64,000 nucleotides of DNA, from the NCBI GenBank assembly GCA_963666365.2, contig CAXXNF010000002.1:1600001-1664000 (forward strand). Direction: 5' to 3'. Of this stretch, positions 28,377 to 38,309 are shown in pieces (within the stretch, counting starts at the first letter, position 1; the number at the start of each line of letters is the position of its first letter). Source of the DNA: Syntrophales bacterium. GTDB taxonomy: Bacteria > Desulfobacterota > Syntrophia > Syntrophales > UBA2210. The position numbers were made by a program, and so were the translations under genes. The notes beneath the pieces are model-generated. The model ran no database searches and had not been told where the DNA came from. It worked only from the letters and a program-made list of their open reading frames with translations.

Positions 28377-29192
28377 ATGAAAAAGGTAATTTCCGCGATT
28401 GTGATCGTTATAATTGTGGCGATTGTCGCCCTGCTGGCAGCGGGGTATCTGATGATGGGCAAAATCGTCCGTACGGGAATCGAAGTCATCGGCCCCGAAG
28501 CCACCGGTGTCGCGGTAACCGTTGACAACGTCGATATCGGACTCCTGCAGGGCAAAGTGGGACTGGACCGTTTTGTCATGGGAAATCCTCCCGGCTTTAC
28601 CAACAACAATTCATTCTCTTTAGATACCCTGAAGGTTGCCGTCGATCTCAACTCGGTCCTGGGCAACGTCATCGTTGTCAAAAATATTCTTGTAGACGGC
28701 GCACACATTACCTGGGAAGGGTTCGCCGGTGACAATCACAAAAAAATCATGCAGAACATCGATGCATACGCCGCACGATTCAAAAAAGAAGGGACGCCTA
28801 AGGAAACTAAAGAAACGAAGAAGGGAGGAGCACCCGAAAAAAAGGTGATTATCAACAATTTCATTCTCAAAAACAGTTCTCTCGACTTCATTGTGGGGGG
28901 CAAGAAAATCGCCACTATACCCGCTCCCGATCTCCATTTAACGGATATTGGGAGAAAAGAGGGCGGTCAGACTGTACAGGAGGCGATTAAACAGACCTAT
29001 CAGCAGGTCATAGCCGCTTTCGGCAAATCAGTGAGCTCCAACACCGCCATGCTTCGTAAAAAAATGACCGAACTGGGGGCAAAAGGGCAGGAATTGCTTA
29101 AACAGGGCGCCGACCTTTTGAAAAGCGACGGTGCATCCTCAGGACTGGATGATATTAAAAAGGGAGTAGGCGACCTTTTTAAAAAGAAATAA
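28377..29192 (+). CDS. Hypothetical membrane-anchored protein (AsmA-like)
   Basis: N-terminal TM, GNPPGF, HLTDIG pattern; AGGAGG RBS. Confidence 0.65.
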   Translation: MKKVISAIVIVIIVAIVALLAAGYLMMGKIVRTGIEVIGPEATGVAVTVDNVDIGLLQGKVGLDRFVMGNPPGFTNNNSFSLDTLKVAVDLNSVLGNVIVVKNILVDGAHITWEGFAGDNHKKIMQNIDAYAARFKKEGTPKETKETKKGGAPEKKVIINNFILKNSSLDFIVGGKKIATIPAPDLHLTDIGRKEGGQTVQEAIKQTYQQVIAAFGKSVSSNTAMLRKKMTELGAKGQELLKQGADLLKSDGASSGLDDIKKGVGDLFKKK

Positions 29193-29220
29193 AAGGAAAG
29201 GGGTTCGGCTGGATACTATC

Positions 29221-29772
29221 ATGAATGCGGGGAAAGGAGCGGCTTCGGCCATGCGGTTCTGCCCTTTGTGCGGGAGCGTGCTGAGGACCGACGATATCGA
29301 CGGGGTGCCAAGGCTTCACTGCAGTTCCGAAGAGTGCCCCTATGTATTCTGGAACAATCCCGTCCCTGTGGTTGCCGCTATTGTAGAACTCGAGGGGAAT
29401 GTGATTCTGATACAAAACAAGGGCTGGCCGGCGCATATTTACGGACTCGTCTCGGGGTTTCTCGAGAAGGGGGAAACGACGGATGAGGCAATACTGCGGG
29501 AAATAAGGGAAGAGCTCAACCTGAAGGGTGAACAGGTACACTTTATCGGACTGTATCCCTTTTTTGCTATGAACCAGATCATCATCGCCTATCATGTCGA
29601 GGCGTCGGGCCGCATTGAGATCGGTGAAGAACTGGCCGATTTCCGCATTGTACCGCCTCATCGCCTTCGCCCCTGGGACTTCGGCACGGGACCGGCCGTT
29701 CGCGACTGGCTGGCATCCAGGACAACAAATCAAGAAACCAACAAGGAGATACTCTCAAATGACCGCAGCTAA
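29221..29772 (+). CDS. NUDIX hydrolase with N-terminal zinc ribbon (NudC-like)
   Basis: FCPLCG...C...C, WNNPVPVV, GFLEKGETTDEAILREIREE Nudix box. Confidence 0.9.
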   Translation: MNAGKGAASAMRFCPLCGSVLRTDDIDGVPRLHCSSEECPYVFWNNPVPVVAAIVELEGNVILIQNKGWPAHIYGLVSGFLEKGETTDEAILREIREELNLKGEQVHFIGLYPFFAMNQIIIAYHVEASGRIEIGEELADFRIVPPHRLRPWDFGTGPAVRDWLASRTTNQETNKEILSNDRS

Positions 29773-30565
29773 CACAGAAGAAGTCATCTACCGCAAAGAG
29801 GGGCATATCGCCACTATCACGCTTAATCGTCCGGAACGACTCAACACCATATCGGCGGTCATGCTTGATTCGCTGGTGGAATGTTTCACCCGGGCCAATG
29901 AAGACCCTGAAGTGCGTGCCGTGATATTTACCGGCACCGGTCGTGCCTTCTGCGCCGGCCTTGACCTTCAGGCGCAAACGGGCGGCGGTGGCGAGGCGCT
30001 TATCGACGACAGCGGCGCCATTACCAATCTGAATCTTCGCAACACCCCTCCCACGGTGATGCATGCCATGGACAAGCCGACTATCTGCGCGCTGAACGGC
30101 TCTGCGGCAGGCTACGGTATGGATATGGCCCTTGGATGTGACATTCGCATCATGGCACAAGAAGCCAAAATGGCCGCCGCCTTTACCAAGCGAGGCATAC
30201 TCCCCGAATCGGGCGGAACCTGGTTTTTGCCGCGCCTTCTCGGGTGGTCAAAGGCAGCCGAATTGATATTTACGGGAAGAACACTTTCTGCGGCTGAATG
30301 CCTCCAATGGGGTCTCGTCTCGCAGGTAGCACCGGCGGAATCAGTCATGAAGGAGGCACAGAAACTGGCAGACGAAATCGCGGCAAATGCGCCGCTGGCA
30401 GTTCAGGCGGCCAAACGGATGATGCGCATGGGATACAACGAACCCTTTCCGGAACATGTGCATCATGTTTTTTTGCAGCTTATGGCGCTTATGAAAACAG
30501 ACGACATCAAAGAGGGCATGATCGCCTTCCTTGAAAAAAGGGACCCTCTCTTTAAGGGAAGATAG
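29759..30565 (+). CDS. Enoyl-CoA hydratase/isomerase family protein
   Basis: TLNRPERLN, AFCAGLDL, NGSAAGYG, GILPESGG, EGMIAFLEKR. Confidence 0.92.
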   Translation: MTAANTEEVIYRKEGHIATITLNRPERLNTISAVMLDSLVECFTRANEDPEVRAVIFTGTGRAFCAGLDLQAQTGGGGEALIDDSGAITNLNLRNTPPTVMHAMDKPTICALNGSAAGYGMDMALGCDIRIMAQEAKMAAAFTKRGILPESGGTWFLPRLLGWSKAAELIFTGRTLSAAECLQWGLVSQVAPAESVMKEAQKLADEIAANAPLAVQAAKRMMRMGYNEPFPEHVHHVFLQLMALMKTDDIKEGMIAFLEKRDPLFKGR

Positions 30566-30582
30566 AAAGTTCGAAAGAGTCA

Positions 30583-31326
30583 ATGTCAGAGGATATCTAT
30601 ACCGGGCACTATACAATTCGCTACTCCGAAATAGGCGCCGACGGAAGATTGAAAGTCGGCGCCATTTTCAACTATCTGCAGGATGCGGCGGGGGAGCATG
30701 CAGCCCTTCTGGGAGTTTCGGGAGGGGATCTTCTTCCCCGAAATCAGGGCTGGGTGTTGTATCACTATTATCTTGCCATTGATTCCTTCCCGCTCTGGAA
30801 GGAAGATATTACCATCCGTACCTGGAAGTTCCCCTATCGCCGGCTTTACGAACTGAGGGAATTCGAAATAGAGGACCAGGCGGGATCAGTTATTGCGCGG
30901 GCAAAGAGTTCCTGGATTCTGATAGATCTCATATCGCGAAAACCGCTGCGCCTGGACAGAAATCTGCCCGATCAGGGCCATAACCACACAAGGGAGATAT
31001 CCTTTACCTTCAAAAAACTTCCCCCCGTCGAGCGCGTGGACAGGGAGGCCTTTTTTACGGTAAGGCCCCACGATCTCGATTTTAACAGACACGCGAACAA
31101 TACCTGTTTTATCCAGTGGGCCCTCGATTCCGTGTCTCCTGAAACGGCGGACCTGAGGCGTCCACAAAAAATCGAGGCGACCTTTCTCGGCGAGGCCCTG
31201 CGGGGCGATTCCCTTGCGTCGCAGGTACAGATTATGAAGGAGGCATCGAAGGAAGCTTTCCTCCACCGCATCATTAACAGGGAAAACGGCAAAGAACTGA
31301 CGCGACTTTCCACTGTCTGGCGGTAA
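30583..31326 (+). CDS. Acyl-ACP/acyl-CoA thioesterase (FatA/FatB-like)
   Basis: YLQDAAGEHA, DLDFNRHANN. Confidence 0.88.
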   Translation: MSEDIYTGHYTIRYSEIGADGRLKVGAIFNYLQDAAGEHAALLGVSGGDLLPRNQGWVLYHYYLAIDSFPLWKEDITIRTWKFPYRRLYELREFEIEDQAGSVIARAKSSWILIDLISRKPLRLDRNLPDQGHNHTREISFTFKKLPPVERVDREAFFTVRPHDLDFNRHANNTCFIQWALDSVSPETADLRRPQKIEATFLGEALRGDSLASQVQIMKEASKEAFLHRIINRENGKELTRLSTVWR

Positions 31327-31350
31327 CAGTGACAATTCCTGCGGAAAAAG

Positions 31351-32445
31351 TTATTCCCTCGAAATGAAGGCTTCCGTCATACGATAGGCCTCATCGTCGG
31401 TATACTGCCTGAGCGGGTGCTTGCAAAAATAAGCCGACGGTCCCTCGAGAACCCCGCCTATTTTGCGATCGAGCGCCAGTTTGATGCAGCGGATTGCATC
31501 TATCGCCACACCGGCGGAATTGGGTGAATCTTCTACGGAAAGCCTGAGTTCCAGATTCATCGGCACATCGCCGAAAAGCGATCCTTCCATGCGCAGGAAG
31601 CACACCTTGTTATCCCTCTGCCAGGGGATGTAATCACTGGGACCGATACGAATATTTTTATTGTCAAGACGGCGCGCCGCCACTGACTGCACTGCCTCCG
31701 TTTTGGATTCCCTTTTTGAAATCAATCGCGTTCGATTCAGCATGTTGAGAAAGTCCGTATTGCCGCCGGTATTGAGCTGATAGGTCCGCTCCAGCTTTAC
31801 GCCCCTCTTCTTGAAAAGATCGGTGAGCACGCGATGTACGATGGTCGCGCCGAGCTGCGACTTGATATCGTCTCCGATGAGGGGAATGCCCCGTTCCTCA
31901 AAGCGGCGCGCCCATTCGCCGTTGCTGGCAATGAACACCGGCATGTTGTTGATGAAGGCCACCCCCGCTTCCAGCGCGGATTCGGCATAAAAACGGGCGG
32001 CCTCTTCCGAACCGACGGGCATATAGTTCAGGAGTATTTCCGCACCGCTTTCCTTCAGGATTTTTACGACATCATCCCGTTCCGGTTCGGGATCGAGGGC
32101 GGGAATGAATGTACAATCTTCTTCATACTCGCGCATATGTTCGGAAATGCCGTCAAGTATTCTTCCCATCTGTACGGGTACTCCCGATGAGGGAAGGTCG
32201 GGACAGAAAAGGGCGGTACAGTTGGGACCGGCAAAGACAGCCTCATGGAGATCTTTCCCCACTTTTCTCCTGTCGATATCGAAGGCCGCAACGACTTCGA
32301 TGTCGCCCGGCTTAAATCCACCGATATCCCAGTGCATCAATCCGATCGCCTCTTCAGCATCCTTGTGCATATAGTAGTGAATACCCTGTACGAGAGAACA
32401 GGCACAGTTTCCCACTCCTGCCACGGCAATTTTTATGCTATCCAC
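31351..32445 (-). CDS. ino1: myo-inositol-1-phosphate synthase
   Basis: GVGNCACSLVQG, GDDIKSQLGAT, QLNTGGNTDFLNM, EDSPNSAG. Confidence 0.95.
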   Translation of the reverse strand: MDSIKIAVAGVGNCACSLVQGIHYYMHKDAEEAIGLMHWDIGGFKPGDIEVVAAFDIDRRKVGKDLHEAVFAGPNCTALFCPDLPSSGVPVQMGRILDGISEHMREYEEDCTFIPALDPEPERDDVVKILKESGAEILLNYMPVGSEEAARFYAESALEAGVAFINNMPVFIASNGEWARRFEERGIPLIGDDIKSQLGATIVHRVLTDLFKKRGVKLERTYQLNTGGNTDFLNMLNRTRLISKRESKTEAVQSVAARRLDNKNIRIGPSDYIPWQRDNKVCFLRMEGSLFGDVPMNLELRLSVEDSPNSAGVAIDAIRCIKLALDRKIGGVLEGPSAYFCKHPLRQYTDDEAYRMTEAFISRE

Positions 32446-32618
32446 GGATCATCAACTCCCTTCTCACGAACTACCACCCTTTATACACTCAGAAAGAACC
32501 ATCTCATGCTGACGTGAGTGATATTGTACATAAACATCATTTAAAAGCAAGTGTCTTGGCAGAGACGAAGGGGGAGGTGAGTTATTTCCTGAAGCGAGCG
32601 GGCGGATGGGATCGATCG

Positions 32619-32666
32619 ATCCCTTGCAACTCCCTGCCCCTTAAGCCGCAGGGAGTTGCAAGGGAT
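32619..32666. other. Perfect 19-bp stem-loop downstream of the TRAP operon
   Basis: ATCCCTTGCAACTCCCTGC-N10-GCAGGGAGTTGCAAGGGAT; no U-tract. Confidence 0.7.
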
Positions 32667-32681
32667 GTCCACACCGGTTGG

Positions 32682-34013
32682 TTAATCGATAATCATTCCG
32701 GGCAGCCACATAATCGCATCCGGGAAGAACGCGCATATTAAAAGACCTATAACCATCAGTACCACAAAGGGTATAATACCCCGGTACACCTTTCTGATAT
32801 CGATCCTGTCGGGATCGACGCCCTTGATGTAGAAGAGGGCGTATCCGAAAGGCGGCGTGAGGAACGACGCCTGAAGGTTCACCGCCATCATCACGACAAA
32901 CCAGATTGGATCGAAACCGAATTGTTTGGCAATAGGCAGAAAGAGAGGAAAACAGATGAGCACGATGCCGATCCAGTCGATGAACATTCCCAAGAGAAAT
33001 ACAATCGCCATCATGACCCAGAAGGTTCCCCATTTGCCCAGCCCCAGTCCCAAGACAAAGTCCGTCACCACATCGCCCCCGCCGACGCCGAGAAACACGC
33101 CGGTGAAACAGGTGGCACCGCAGAGAATTATGATCACCATGGTATTGGTTTTTGCCGTCTGGACCACGGCCTTGGCAAATCCCTGCCATGTAAATTTCCC
33201 GTAGGCAATCACCATGAGAAAGGCCAGAAAGGCGCCCACCCCTGAGGCCTCGGTCGGCGTGGCAATGCCAAAAAATATTGAACCCAGCACACCGAGTATG
33301 AGAATCATAGGCGGCACAAGAGATTTCAGGACCATGAAGCCAACCTGGGCATTGGTGACCCCGGCTCTCTCTTCCTTACTGATGGGCGGTCCGAGTTCGG
33401 GCTTGATATAGCATTTCACTCCCACATACACCAAGTAAAGCACAGAAAGGATGATCCCCGGAAACACCGCTCCGGCGAACAACTTTCCCACAGAAAGCGT
33501 CGCCTGGCTGGCCATGACGACCAGCATGATGCTCGGTGGAATCAATATTCCCAAGGTCCCCCCCGCACATATGGAACCGTACGACAATTTCTCGTCATAC
33601 CCGTATTTTCTCATCATGGGTATTGCCAGAAGCCCCATGGTGACCACGGAGGCACCGATGATGCCGGTGCAGGCGGCGAAAATCGTGGACACCGCGATGA
33701 CCGCCAGCGCGATGCCGCCCCGCGTCTGGCCCATCAGATAGTGCAAGGCCTTGAAAAGCTCTTCGGCGACCCCTGACTGGTCGAGGAGTTGCGCCATGAA
33801 TATGAAGAGGGGAATGGCAAGAAGGACATAGTTGTCCATGGTCCCCCAGATCCGATTCATAAACACATAAAACACCGACGGCCCCCAGCCCAGATATCCG
33901 AATATCACCGCCAATCCACCCAAGACGAAGGCAAGGGGATGGCCCATGAACAGTCCTATCAAAAGACCGCTGAACATCAGAATTGTGATCAATTCAGGGC
34001 TCATATCTATCAT
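32682..34013 (-). CDS. dctM: TRAP transporter large permease
   Basis: LLAIPLFIFM, GGTLGILIPPSI, GIATPTEA, SFLTPPFG. Confidence 0.94.
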   Translation of the reverse strand: MIDMSPELITILMFSGLLIGLFMGHPLAFVLGGLAVIFGYLGWGPSVFYVFMNRIWGTMDNYVLLAIPLFIFMAQLLDQSGVAEELFKALHYLMGQTRGGIALAVIAVSTIFAACTGIIGASVVTMGLLAIPMMRKYGYDEKLSYGSICAGGTLGILIPPSIMLVVMASQATLSVGKLFAGAVFPGIILSVLYLVYVGVKCYIKPELGPPISKEERAGVTNAQVGFMVLKSLVPPMILILGVLGSIFFGIATPTEASGVGAFLAFLMVIAYGKFTWQGFAKAVVQTAKTNTMVIIILCGATCFTGVFLGVGGGDVVTDFVLGLGLGKWGTFWVMMAIVFLLGMFIDWIGIVLICFPLFLPIAKQFGFDPIWFVVMMAVNLQASFLTPPFGYALFYIKGVDPDRIDIRKVYRGIIPFVVLMVIGLLICAFFPDAIMWLPGMIID

Positions 34014-34519
34014 AGCTCAACCCCCTTAATGAGGTATATTCTCTTAATAACTTCCGATATCCCCTGTATGAAAAGCAGTATGAACGATATGATGATAACC
34101 GTTTTAATTGGGTACACCGGCGGCGCAAAGACGCTCCAGGTGGTTTCCTTCATCGCCCATGACCGTGCGGCGAAGGAATAGCCCTGCCAAGTGCATACGA
34201 TCACGAAAGGGAAGAAGAAGATAACGTAACTTATGATGTCAAGTATGGCCTTTTTCTTTTTTGAAAGGACCATGGTAAAGACATCGACCGACACATGGGA
34301 GCCGTAGAGTAGGCCAAAGCCGGCGACAATCATAAAGTGAAGGCCGTAGAGTTGCTTGAGCACCTCGAAACTCCATATGGTGGGCGAGTTGAGAAATCTG
34401 CGGAGTATCACCTCCATCACCGTAAGCAGCACAAGAGGAACGATAACCCAACTGAAGATCCTTCCTGTCCACTCGTTGATTGCGTCGCAGAATTTTGATA
34501 ATTGTTTTGCAAAATTCAT
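34010..34519 (-). CDS. dctQ: TRAP transporter small permease
   Basis: 4 TM segments, EVILRR, HVSVDVF; overlaps the dctM start. Confidence 0.9.
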   Translation of the reverse strand: MNFAKQLSKFCDAINEWTGRIFSWVIVPLVLLTVMEVILRRFLNSPTIWSFEVLKQLYGLHFMIVAGFGLLYGSHVSVDVFTMVLSKKKKAILDIISYVIFFFPFVIVCTWQGYSFAARSWAMKETTWSVFAPPVYPIKTVIIISFILLFIQGISEVIKRIYLIKGVEL

Positions 34520-34797
34520 AGGAACCTCCGTCCTGTTCCGCACATGCCGACACGATGTATCGGCATCATCATGTAACGATTGGAACGACTTAAAATTACC
34601 AATTCATCCCGACTCTGATGGATATCCTCCATGGACATTGAAGCTCCTGTCATTACGCTGGAAGGGATGTCCGAGTGTCAAGGAATTGTCTGTATTTCTG
34701 TTTGCTATATTTTTGATCAAAAAATAATATAGAGGTCCCGCGTAACGGCATTGGGGACCTCTACGGCGGTTTTTACCTACCTTTTAATCCTTCGCTA

Positions 34798-35898
34798 TTA
34801 ATCAAGGTTAGGGTAGGCGTCCGGGCTCGGGTTATATCCGAAGCTAAAGGGACTTTCCATGGAACGCCATCTTTCATAGGCTTTCCTGTATTCAACCTGA
34901 GATTTCATGGATTTCTTGAAAAGCGGGTTCGCCTTGGCCGATGCCTCGGTATGGGGCTTAATCAGTTTTTCTATGGTAAGCAGATCCTCATCGGGGTAAC
35001 GGGTAACCTTTATGCCCTTGTCGATGAATTTCTGAGTGTACTCAATCGCCATATAAAACTGTCTTGTGCTCTCCTCCATTGCGGTCGCCTTGGCGGCGTA
35101 CTGGAGGTTCTCTTTGGTATCGGCATCGAGCTTATCCCATTCCTGTTTATTGATCATCACCCCCAAAACCGATGCAGGCTGGTGCCATCCGGGAACGGCC
35201 CAGAATTTGGTTACTTCCTGGAAACCCATGCCCCAATCACAGGAAGGACTGGAGAATTCGGCTGCATCCACCACGCCCTTCTGAAGGGCCTGATAGATTT
35301 CCTGGCCTGACATCGCTGTCTGTGCAGCCCCCAGATCCTTCAGGAGTTTTCCCTGGTGTTGTCCTGACATTCTGATTTTCATCCCCTTGAGGTCCGCAAG
35401 AGAATTAATAGGCTTGTTGCTGCGGAGACCGCTTTCCATGGTGGTCACTCCATATAACAGGTAGACCATGTTGTATTTGCCATAGGCCTCGTCATAGATC
35501 GCCTTCCCGCCGCCATGATAGTACCATACCAGGTAGTCGATGGGAGTAAGCCCCATAGGATAGGAACCGAGGGTATCGAACACGGAGTTTTTACCTGCCC
35601 AGTAGTTGGGCCAGTCACCGGAAGCCTGAATGGTTCCCTTGCTCACCGCATCGAATACTTCATAGGAAGGCATAAGGCTTCCACCCGGGAAGAATTTAAT
35701 CGAAAGCTTGCCCTTGCAGAGATGATTTGCAGCCTCTACGAAGGCCTTGTCAATCTCCATAAAGTTGATGGACGGCGGCCATGTGGATGTCATCTTCCAC
35801 TTCAGTTCTTTTCCCGCGGCCATAGCCGTTGACGCAGCCAACACCATTCCAAAGACAAGAGCTGCCGCTAGGGCAATAACGAACACTTTCTTTCTCAT
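34798..35898 (-). CDS. dctP: TRAP substrate-binding protein (TakP-like monocarboxylate/2-oxoacid subfamily)
   Basis: WKMTSTWP, FDAVSKG, YWAGKN, DLKGMKIR, DAAEF, PGWHQP; AGGAGG RBS. Confidence 0.9.
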   Translation of the reverse strand: MRKKVFVIALAAALVFGMVLAASTAMAAGKELKWKMTSTWPPSINFMEIDKAFVEAANHLCKGKLSIKFFPGGSLMPSYEVFDAVSKGTIQASGDWPNYWAGKNSVFDTLGSYPMGLTPIDYLVWYYHGGGKAIYDEAYGKYNMVYLLYGVTTMESGLRSNKPINSLADLKGMKIRMSGQHQGKLLKDLGAAQTAMSGQEIYQALQKGVVDAAEFSSPSCDWGMGFQEVTKFWAVPGWHQPASVLGVMINKQEWDKLDADTKENLQYAAKATAMEESTRQFYMAIEYTQKFIDKGIKVTRYPDEDLLTIEKLIKPHTEASAKANPLFKKSMKSQVEYRKAYERWRSMESPFSFGYNPSPDAYPNLD

Positions 35899-35972
35899 TG
35901 TGATACCTCCTCTTTCTTGTATGTTGATGTTACGTGAAAAAAATACAGATACCCTCGAATTGCTCTTTTCCC

Positions 35973-35988
35973 TGCAATTTTCAGACCA
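35973..35988 (-). promoter_or_regulatory. sigma54 (-24/-12) promoter of dctPQM
   Basis: TGGTCTGAAAATTGCA on the minus strand (GG-N10-GC). Confidence 0.6.
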
Positions 35989-36160
35989 ATGCATTAGTAA
36001 ATCGGAAAAACGTGTCTATTGTACAATTTCAATAGAACATCACGCTGCACCTCAAAAAAAAGTTGACATTGATAACACCGAATAAGTATACCGATTGTAA
36101 CATGTAGGTTCTTTGCTACACTTTTTGGATCATTCACTAGTACACGGACAGAGGTGAGAA

Positions 36161-37609
36161 GTGACATCAGAAAATGCACGCAAGGCCTTAAAGCACATAA
36201 AAGATCAGCTTGAAATCTTTTCACTTATTTTCGACAGCATCCACGACGGAGTCGTCGTCACCGATGCGGAAGGATTCGTAACTCATTTCAATAAACCTTA
36301 CGGCAGATTCCTCAAATTAAACCCCGAAGAGCAGATTGGCAAGCACTGCACAGAAGTGGTTGAAAATTCGAGGATGCATATAGTGGCAAAAACGGGCGTA
36401 CCAGAGATCAACCATTCTCATTTGATAATGGGACAAAATATGGTAGTGCAGCGTATTCCCATCAAGAGGGACAACAAGGTGATCGCCGTATACGGTCAGG
36501 TGATGTTCAAGAATGCAAAGGATTTAACAAAGCTGGCCAAAAAACTTTCTCAACTGGAATCGAAGGTAAGAGAATACGAAAAAGAACTTCTCACCCTTCG
36601 CGCACGGCGCTTCACCTTTGACAGCATTATAGGGGTAAGCAGCGCAATGATTTCCCTGAAAAAAGAGGCCGAAAAAGCCGCTGCAAACTCTTTTCCCGTG
36701 CTGATCACAGGGGAGAGCGGCACAGGGAAGGAACTTTTCGCCCACGCCATCCACAATGCAAGCTCCCGAAAAGTCTATCCTCTGGTGCGAATAAATTGTT
36801 CTGCCATTCCGAAGGAATTGATCGAAACGGAGTTATTCGGATATGACAAGGGGGCCTTCACCGGCGCCAGCGCAACAGGGAAAAAAGGTAAATTCGAACT
36901 GGCGGACAACGGCACGATATTTCTCGACGAAATCGGCGACATGGCGCTTGAAATGCAGCCCAAGCTGTTGAGAGTGCTTGAAGAAAAGGAATTTTCCCGA
37001 GTGGGGGGCACATCGGTAATCCGTTCCGACTTCCGTCTCATCGCAGCGACGAATCAGAACCTTCAGGAAATGGTACCGGAAAAGAGATTCAGGATCGATC
37101 TTTTTTACCGGTTGAACGTCATACCACTTCATATCCCTCCCCTGCGTGAACGAAGAGAGGACATCATCCCCTTAGCGAAACACCTGCTACAGAACCTTGC
37201 GGAAGAAACCAATATCGGCAACATATCGATTTCTCCTGAAGCCGAGGAAATCCTGACATTTAACAATTGGCCAGGGAACACTCGGGAACTCCAGAATGTA
37301 CTGGAGCGCACAATGTCATCGCTGGAAGGCACTACCATTCGTGTCGAAGATCTTCCTTTCTATCTGAGACATCGCCCCCATGGCATGCATAGAGAAAAAC
37401 AAAACACCACCATCAATAAAAACAGGGACTGCCTCAAAGACATCCAGGAAGCGACAGAAAGAGAGGCGCTTGTTCACACACTCCACAGCACGAATTATAA
37501 TAAGAGAAAGGCTTCGCAGATCCTGGGCATTCATCGTACTCTCTTGTACAAAAAGATGAAGAAGTACAATATTCCGCTTCAGGGACAGGAAGAATCCTTT
37601 CATCCTTAG
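36161..37609 (+). CDS. PAS-domain sigma54-dependent enhancer-binding protein
   Basis: PAS, GESGTGKE, GAFTGA, FLDEIG, WPGNTREL, Fis HTH. Confidence 0.95.
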   Translation: MTSENARKALKHIKDQLEIFSLIFDSIHDGVVVTDAEGFVTHFNKPYGRFLKLNPEEQIGKHCTEVVENSRMHIVAKTGVPEINHSHLIMGQNMVVQRIPIKRDNKVIAVYGQVMFKNAKDLTKLAKKLSQLESKVREYEKELLTLRARRFTFDSIIGVSSAMISLKKEAEKAAANSFPVLITGESGTGKELFAHAIHNASSRKVYPLVRINCSAIPKELIETELFGYDKGAFTGASATGKKGKFELADNGTIFLDEIGDMALEMQPKLLRVLEEKEFSRVGGTSVIRSDFRLIAATNQNLQEMVPEKRFRIDLFYRLNVIPLHIPPLRERREDIIPLAKHLLQNLAEETNIGNISISPEAEEILTFNNWPGNTRELQNVLERTMSSLEGTTIRVEDLPFYLRHRPHGMHREKQNTTINKNRDCLKDIQEATEREALVHTLHSTNYNKRKASQILGIHRTLLYKKMKKYNIPLQGQEESFHP

Positions 37610-37739
37610 CAACAATGATACACTTTTGTTCATAACCGCTTTTCCTCCCCCCTTTCATCAACATGATATTGCAGCTATGAAGAAATGGAGAGGTGAGATA
37701 CTCTTTCTCTCACAGGATATACCCTGTCAATATAATTAA

Positions 37740-37755
37740 TGGCATGTTATTTGCT
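37740..37755 (+). promoter_or_regulatory. sigma54 (-24/-12) promoter of the MaoC/CoA-transferase genes
   Basis: TGGCATGTTATTTGCT; near-consensus TGGCACG-N4-TTGCW. Confidence 0.8.
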
Positions 37756-37820
37756 TAGAATAATTATCGAGCCAAGATTCAGTAACCGATACGCTTGTAT
37801 CTCTCCGAGGGAAAGGGCAT

Positions 37821-38243
37821 ATGCACGGCAAGACCATTGATGAGCTTACAGTAGACGATTATGAGGAGTTTGCGAAGACAATTTCCGAGGCAGACGTCTA
37901 TCTTTACGCGGGCATAAGCGGCGATCATAACCCGGCACACATTAACGAGGAGTACGCGAAACATACCTTTTTCAAGACCCGAACCGCACAGAGCATGCTT
38001 TCGGCCAGTTTTATTTCGGCGGTAATCGGCACGAAACTGCCGGGACCGGGGACCGTGTATCTCGACCAAACTCTCAAATTCCTTGCACCGGTACGGATAG
38101 GCGACACAATCGTCGCAAAGGTTGTAGTTATTGAAATCATGGTAGAAAAAAATAAGGTGCGCCTTAAAACCACCTGCACCAACCAGGATGGAGTTATCGT
38201 ACTGAGAGGAGAGGCCGTGGTAAGCCCTCCTACACCGATGTGA
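37821..38243 (+). CDS. MaoC/PhaJ-type (R)-specific enoyl-CoA hydratase
   Basis: SGDHNPAH catalytic Asp/His motif, LPGPG, FLAPVRIGD. Confidence 0.9.
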   Translation: MHGKTIDELTVDDYEEFAKTISEADVYLYAGISGDHNPAHINEEYAKHTFFKTRTAQSMLSASFISAVIGTKLPGPGTVYLDQTLKFLAPVRIGDTIVAKVVVIEIMVEKNKVRLKTTCTNQDGVIVLRGEAVVSPPTPM

Positions 38244-38309
38244 CAGAGACGCACTTCTTTATCGCAGGTTGACAACATAGCGGCTTCGACAAGAATGAGG
38301 AGGTATTTT